NCBI GenBank assembly: GCA_009914755.4
Contig: CP068257.2
Location: forward strand, 28,256,001-28,320,000
Direction: 5' to 3'
Source: the human T2T-CHM13v2.0 reference genome, Homo sapiens
DNA: 64,000 nt
Positions 57,261 to 64,000 of this stretch are shown one piece after another; position 1 is the first letter of the stretch; every line of letters begins with the position of its first letter. The notes beneath the pieces were generated by a model, which saw only the letters and a list, made by a program, of their open reading frames with translations, was not told the origin of the DNA and ran no database searches. The position numbers and the translations under genes are program-made.

Positions 57261-58015
57261 GTCAAGAATTCCGTAAGCTATAACAAAGAAATCTCAGTTC
57301 AGGCAGGGAGGTATAACATGGTACGTCTCCTGTGTTTCACTAATGTAGTCAATGTTTGATGAAAGTTTGCTTTTACATAGTGTTTCATTAATCATTATTT
57401 TCAGCAATCTTATAAGCTCAAATTATTTCAGGGAATGATTAAATAAATGCACAGAAAACTTAAAGTTAGAGAGCTAGAAATTGCCTTTAAAAAGCTAAAA
57501 TTGAAGCTCACAACCGTTACGACGCTCTAATTTTTATTCAGCCTACCCTTCCTTATGGAATTTCAATTTAAGGCTCTTGACAACAAAACACATTAAACCC
57601 CTTCATATTTAAATCATGTAAATTAGCCAAATTTCTAATTATTACATCTGGTTTAATTTCTCTCCTCGTAATCTCATACAGCAAATGTCATCTGTTTTTT
57701 AAATTATTATATTTTATTTATCAAAGCAATACATGCATATCATTTTAAAAGTTAAATAGTACTAAATAAAAACATACTGAAGCAGTACCACTTCTCCCTC
57801 TTCCTCCAGCTCCTGCTCTCCAATTCTTTCAGCTATTTTGTCCACTATTTATGCATCTTATATTTCTGTTTCTCCGTCGTATACATAAATAGTGTTTGTC
57901 GACTTCATCAATTTGAGGTATTATCTACTGACTTCCATTATGTCAATAGATAATATTGACATGATTTTACTCTTTAACACCTTCATCTGATTAAATTGAT
58001 TTTCTCTTTCTCCTC

Positions 58016-58306
58016 TTTTTTTTTTTTGAGAGAGGGTCTCACTCTGTCACCCAGGCTACAGTGTAGTGGCACAATCATTGTTCACTGCAGCCTGGACCTC
58101 CGGGGCTGAAGTGATCCTCCCTCCTCGGCCCCCTGAGTAGCTGGGACTACAGGTACATAATGCTATGCCTGGCTAATTTTTATATTCTTATGGAGATGGG
58201 GTTTCACCATGTTGCCCAGGCTGGTCTTGAATGCCTGGGATCAAATGATCCTCCCACTTCAGCCTCCCAAAGTGCTCGGACTATAGGCATGAACTACCAC
58301 GCCCAG
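58016..58306 (-). mobile_element. Full-length Alu (older AluJ/S-like), reverse orientation
   Basis: Poly-T then gagagagggtctcactctgtcacccaggctacagtgtagtggcacaatcattgttcactgcagcctggacctcc...ggctaatttttatattcttatggagatggggtttcaccatgttgcccaggctggtcttgaatgcctgggatcaaatgatcctcccacttcagcctcccaaagtgctcggactataggcatgaactaccacgcccag. TSD tctcctcttttt on both flanks. Confidence 0.93.
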
Positions 58307-58394
58307 TCTCTCCTCTTTTTAAAATACTACAATTTTAGGTTCAATCACTGTTCAGGGTTTATAGTTTACTTTGCTGTCCTATCCCCATCTCCCC

Positions 58395-58515
58395 ACTCTT
58401 GTTCTTGTCTCCTTCTTTTTCTCCTTCTTCTCCCTCTTCTACTCCTTCTCCTCCTTCTTTTTGCCTCCATGTCTCTCTGTCTTTATTTCTATCTCTATCT
58501 CTCTCCTTCTCTCAG
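58395..58515. repeat. Polypyrimidine (CTT/CTC-rich) simple-repeat tract
   Basis: tcttgtctccttctttttctccttcttctccctcttctactccttctcctccttctttttgcctccatgtctctctgtctttatttctatctctatctctctccttctctc. Confidence 0.85.
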
Positions 58516-59545
58516 AACATGCTTGAGTAACGTCCTGAGTAAAGGTGCTTAAAATAGCTCTCTTTAAAATTCAATTTATTCCGGTGTTGTATGTATTGCG
58601 TTAATTCCTCTCTTTGTCAACTTGTATAACTTTCTGGAATATTTTCTCAACTTTATTGTTCAATTCTTTTATGATTTTTTTCATTTATGCTCTTGTGTTT
58701 TTGATTTATTTTTCATCTGACTTTTTAATGTGTTATTTTTGTTTTATAGATGCAACATTATTTTTTAACTCTCTAAGGATATTATTGGGAGACTTTTCCT
58801 CCAAATAGTCTCTTGCTTTTAAGTTCCTTTTTTTTTCCATGTATTTTAGTCTCCAACTTTCAAGGTGAAAAACTTCCTTAAATGTCCTTTAACCCTTTGT
58901 TGTGTGCTCATGTTTAAGGAAAGGGAACTGGAATGTGGATTGTAAGATCTGAATGCAATAAGCAGGACTTAGGGGGTTCTAAGGTTTTCTAAAGAGGGAC
59001 CTGGAGTGACATTAGGAAAACTCCGATGTCAGTATATATGTGTTTGAGAGTATGTTTAAGAGTTTTTTCTTGGGCTGATTATATTCCCAAGAGAAGATTC
59101 TTCTGGTGCCCTCTGGGAGTCGAGTGAAAGAAAAGAGCTGGCAAACATCAACTCCATGAGACTATGGCCCCAGTTTCATGTGAAAGTTATAGGGAGAGGA
59201 TGTTATCCAGTAGCGTGAAGTCAATTGTGTCCTAAAGAGCTTTCCAGCAAGCCCTTTCATACTAGTTCTCTGTTTGCTGCAGGTCCTGATGTGATCCAGG
59301 CTTCTAGTTCTGAGCAATGAGTTTTCTACTCTGAAGATTAGCTTGATTCTTGCCTTTCGGCAGTACTACTTTAAGATATAGAATTCTTCAGTTGGCCAAG
59401 AAAGTTTCCACTTCTCTGATTATCTTCCCATTCCTTGTACTTTAATTGTCATTTTTGTGAGATTTCTGGGGGAAAAGTGTTCAATCCTCCACCTTTATCC
59501 AGAAGCACTTATTTTATAACTTTTAATATAAATTGTTATAGCAAG

Positions 59546-59945
59546 ACAAGCATGATGGCTTACACCTATAGTCCCAACTACCTGGGAGGCTGAAGTGGGA
59601 GGATCACTAGCAGTTGGGAGATTGAGACCAGCCTGGCATCATAGTGAGACTTCTCTAAAAAAAATTTTTTTTTAATTAGCCATGCATGGTGGTGCCTGCC
59701 TGTAGTCCGAGCTACCTGGGAGACTGAGGTGAAAGAATCATTACAGGTCAGGCATTTGAGACAAGCCTAGGCAGAGACTCCATCTCTAAAAAAAATGTTT
59801 TTAATAACTTAGCCATGAGTAGTGGTGCATGCCTTTAGTCCCAGCCACTCAGGAGGCTGAGGCAGGAGGATTGCTTGAGTCCAGGAGTCTGAGGTTGCAG
59901 TGAGCTATGAGGGTGACAGAATGAGATCCTATCTCTTTAAAAATA
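59546..59945 (+). mobile_element. Alu-family element with three monomers (two FLAM-like left monomers plus a right arm)
   Basis: Monomer A gcatgatggcttacacctatagtcccaactacctgggaggctgaagtgggaggatcactagcagttgggagattgagaccagcctggcatcatagtgagacttctctaaaaaaaa. Monomer B ttagccatgcatggtggtgcctgcctgtagtccgagctacctgggagactgaggtgaaagaatcattacaggtcaggcatttgagacaagcctaggcagagactccatctctaaaaaaaa. Right arm ttagccatgagtagtggtgcatgcctttagtcccagccactcaggaggctgaggcaggaggattgcttgagtccaggagtctgaggttgcagtgagctatgagggtgacagaatgagatcctatctc plus an A/T-rich tail. Confidence 0.8.
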
Positions 59946-60082
59946 AATAAATTAATTAAATTTTAAAATAAATACATTGCTTTAGCAGATGCTCTCAATG
60001 CCCCATCCATATGTTCTCAGCAGTTTCCACTATATGTGAACATGGCCTCCTGAATACAGCTGGGACTTTCTGCCTAAGGACT

Positions 60083-60245
60083 CTTTTCTTTCTTTCTTCC
60101 CTGCCTCCCTCTTTCCCTCCTTCCTTCCCTCCCTCCCTCCTTCCCTCCCTCCCTCCTTCCCTCCCTCCCTTCCTCCTTCTTTCCTTCCTTCCTTCCTTCC
60201 TTCCCTCCTTCCCTCTTCCCCCCATCCTTCCTTCCTTTCTTTTTG
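60083..60245. repeat. (TTCC/TCCC)n polypyrimidine microsatellite, about 160 bp
   Basis: ctttcctccttccttccctccctccctccttccctccctccctccttccctccctcccttcctccttctttccttccttccttccttccttccctccttccctcttcc. Confidence 0.92.
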
Positions 60246-63164
60246 ACTATGGAAGTTTGCGTTTAGTGCTAGAGAGTCAATGTCACTGGAAGTAATACCC
60301 ATTGGGAAAACTCCAAGGTATGTTCTATACTTTTTCCGGTTTCCCAAAGGGATTCAGTTCCAGTTGCCTGAGTGATCACTTGCTTGTCGGTGCATCTTTA
60401 TTGGCTTCCTCTCCTTCCTTGTCCCATATCCTTACTCCTCTACTATTCTTTCCTGGAATTGTCTCTCAAATTAACTAACAACACTCAAATCCTTGTCTGC
60501 GTGTCTGCTTCTGAGGAGACCCTAGATATTTCTCAACCTTTTTATACTTTTCACCTACACTGTTCTTTTTTTAGCTAGCTCATAATTGTTAGATAATTAC
60601 AATTTTTGAAGACTGGGTAATTAATCTTATTCTTAATGTCCTGGTCACAGCAACGTAGGTCACAAGAATTGCATTTGATAATCTCTTTCTTTAAGGCAAA
60701 CTGTTTCCTACTTTACGAATTTAATGTATCTCCTTCTTTAAGAAGTAAGGCATATTATAAGATATCACTTGATTAAAGTGGCCTGAGTTTTCCCATGGCC
60801 AGTAAATTTTAAAAGTATCTCCAAATCTGTGTACTAATTGCCTGTGAATAGGTGAGTAGGTGACCTCAGTCATTAAAAAATAAAAACAAAAAAACCCACT
60901 GAATCCCAAGTGTTTAAAAATGGAAATGCATTACTTCTGTGCAGCTCAGACATTTGGGGCAAATGAACTGATCTCCAAAAGCTTGCTACATAATGAGAAG
61001 AAAACAAGTAAGAGCCCGGTTAGGTGGATATTTATTCCAGGGCAAGGTAAACAAATTTCCTTCCACCACAGTAAAATTATTGAGCTGAAAATTCACACAG
61101 GAAACCAGACCAGTTTATCAACTGACTCTCTATCTTTTTAAATCCTAAAAAAGACAATCTTTTGTAAAATATTATTACAAAGTACCTGTATTCTGTAAAA
61201 TGACTTGACAATCTTAGAGTAATATTGATTTTTTTCTCATTGAATAGTTCTACAATAATCAATGAGAACAGTTTTTCCCCTCACAGCAGTAGACATTATC
61301 AATGTTTTAACTCTCTCTGTTTTTCTTCTGTAACAACCATAATAGGCAATTTAAAACATTGAAGCTGCCTTCTTTCCAGTGGCCAATTCATTGCATTATT
61401 TGTCTCTCTTTTTTATATTCTCAACATAAAACAACTTTTTTTTATTGTGTCCTCCACCCGACTGCCACAGACATTTGGAACCATATGCTCCTATCTGGTG
61501 CACACCATGGAAGAGTAAAGAATGTTAAAATGTGGCTTACAGTCTCCAGCAATGCCACAGAAAATCCTCCATGACATGCTGTCATACCCAAGACAGCAGT
61601 AAAGATGGAAATCTAGCCAGCTGTAGGCAAAGGAGTATCTGAGTACGTACTCTGGCCCCAACTTTGGTCTCTGAAAGTCACCTTGATAATGTCACTTACA
61701 TTTCTGCCTGTGGCTACAGAATCAGAGCAGCTCCTCTTTATAGCCTTATATAGTTATGCCAATATTAAGAATAAAATAATTGAAACAAGATATAGATCCA
61801 GATACATGTGACTTTACCCTTTTGCTCAGCCCCCTACCACAAATGATATAAAATCTGAGAGATAAGATCTGTGTTATATCATCACAAGCCTTAACCAGCA
61901 GCCAAGACAATTTTTGAAATAGATTACACTTTTGCTAGTTGATGTGAGAGGAAACTGAGTGACTAAGAGACTTCAATATTTTTGTTGTAAGTCACAAAGC
62001 AGATTTACTCTGCTCCCTTCACCAACTGTGCTATGCTGGTTCCCAACTTAGAGTTTTATTTATCAATCTGTGCATTTACCAAATGTTCCTTCCATTCTGA
62101 ACAAGATATGATGACTGTCCCTTCTGGGGAATTAAGATGATGTATGTGTTTTTTTAAATGAACCAAAAACTTAAGATCATTAATAGCTTATTTAAATCAC
62201 ATACATACATTATTTATAGATAAAGTAGGATTAAAAATATCAAGTAATTTAGCCTTTTTGTTTGTTCATGGTAGTACAATCTTGGTTTTCCATTTCTCTC
62301 TGTCACACTGTCACACTCCTGAAACCTTGTCCTACCTTATAATTTTAGGTATTCCTGCCTCATTCATATTTGATTTTCAAGCCATACTCAGTCTACACAT
62401 ATGGCTTTAGGGAGATGTAGCATGAAAATCTCCAAAAGAAAATTGCTGTTATTTACTTACTATTATCATCCATTTTCCTCCAACAAAAGAAAAGAGAGAA
62501 AAGGAGAGAATAAAAAAGAGAGAATCTCCAAATATTCAGTAAGACATACATATTATAGATAACAATGTGTTTAATTTAGGCTATATGAATATAAAAGAGA
62601 TGTTTCTTATTTAGTAGTAGCAATTTGTGGGCGAAGGAGTTGGCAATGATAAAAATGTCCAAAGTCACAAATACAGTATATAGTTAGTCATGGGTGGTGT
62701 TATTTGGCTCAAAAATAGACTTTTATTTTGCCTTTCTTTCTCTTAACCACATTTGGAATTAGAAGAGTGATGAGAACCAGCAGGAAGGTAGAACAAAAAG
62801 CCAATGACATTAGAGAAGTGTTCAAACAGTCAGCTAAATTCACTGCACTTCTCAACCACAGAAATATTTTCAGGTGATTCTGTTTTTGAGAAAACGTGGG
62901 AACCACAGGATCTACAACACTTCCAGGCAAAACTCAACAGCTCTAATAATAGTGACAGAAGTGAAAGCCAATTTGGATAAAATAAGACATTGACTCAAAG
63001 TCCTCTGAGAGATTTTTCAAAACAAAGTTTACAAAGCTCCTTTTGCCTTTTGGGAAATCACATTCTTCTTTGCACCTTGACTCTTTTTCTGAATTTCTTT
63101 CTGTCTGGGAGGATCTCCTTACAGTGTTTCTTCTCCATCTGACATCATGAAATGTGATACTCAA

Positions 63165-63298
63165 GCAGGAGAATCGCTTGAGTCCTGGAGGCAGAGATTG
63201 CAGTGAGCCAAGATCGCGCCACTGCACTTCAGCCTGGATGACAGAGCGATACTCTGTCTCAAAAAAAAAAAAAAAAAAGAAAAAAAAAGAAAAAGAAA
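63165..63298 (+). mobile_element. Alu 3' fragment with long A-tail
   Basis: gcaggagaatcgcttgagtcctggaggcagagattgcagtgagccaagatcgcgccactgcacttcagcctggatgacagagcgatactctgtctcaaaaaaaaaaaaaaaaaagaaaaaaaaagaaaaagaaa. Confidence 0.9.
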
Positions 63299-64000
63299 CA
63301 AGGATATAATGAGATGTCTTTGTTCTATGCCTTTGTATCCCTCCAGACAAATCTTTTTTGTTGAACTGTTGTGCCCCAAACTTTTCCTCTGTTAAATGAA
63401 AGAGCTGAGATCAATGTTGTTTAAGATCCTTCTGTTTGTAATTTTCTATCCATAGTCTCCAGGCCTCTTCTACCTTGCTGGTTTGGTTATTACCCTCATC
63501 AGCTCTTCAAAATCTGGTGTGATCAAATTTATGTTTTGATAAATTCACTATTGTTGCAGTATGGAAAACAGATTGGAGAGGAAGATGGGGTTGGGGTTAT
63601 AGAGATAAGAGACTAAGGCAGTAATTCTAGAATAAATTGATGGGGATATGATCACATGTAGGAATAGCAGTGAATAGAGTCAGAAGAGACATATGGTGTT
63701 AAGCTGTCTGGAAGCAGCTTTACTGGTTTGGATCTGGTGAGGAGAAAGGAGAAGTCGAAGATCATGGGCAGGCTCTGGGCTTAGGTCATCTGTGTGCGTC
63801 AGTGTCCTAGGCTGGAACACAGAAGGACAGTCAACATTAGGGAACTGATAACATTTGGTTTTGGACTTGAAATGTATTGGGGACACTGTCACCTGAATGT
63901 TTCTGGACACTTGAGGGCTATGACTTTCACCCAGCACATACCTGAAGCCTATCTCACCACACACATGTCATGGCATCTGGAAAAAAATTCAAATCGGACA

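Overview
This window is primate nuclear genomic DNA, almost certainly human or great ape, not a prokaryotic locus. Evidence is in the sequence itself: at least 10 Alu copies (several full length with A-tails and target-site duplications, and one nested Alu-in-Alu), a 4.2-kb L1PA-type LINE-1 3' portion carrying a frameshifted ORF2 (endonuclease and reverse-transcriptase remnants), an older L1 ORF2-tail fragment, MaLR/ERVL-type solo LTRs, MIR and L2 3'-end fossils, two copies of a palindromic MITE-like DNA transposon, and many microsatellites. The window is AT-rich and I cannot support any protein-coding exon. Every long ORF in the six-frame track falls inside a repeat (L1 ORF2, Alu read-through), a GC-rich CpG island, or low-complexity DNA. 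The one non-repeat functional signal is an orphan CpG island of about 1.3-1.5 kb at roughly 48.85-50.3 kb. It contains a compound (CG)n(CA)n(GACA)n tract and two consensus splice-donor-like motifs, and is most plausibly a gene or lncRNA promoter (possibly bidirectional); I cannot name the gene from sequence alone. Other points worth a second look are two local roughly 120-bp tandem duplications, an inverted-repeat/duplication structure near 44.2-44.9 kb, a three-monomer Alu, long polypyrimidine (H-DNA-type) tracts and a perfect 15-bp hairpin. No CRISPR arrays, operons, tRNA or rRNA genes are evident. I see no sign of a novel biological 'system' in the prokaryotic sense.
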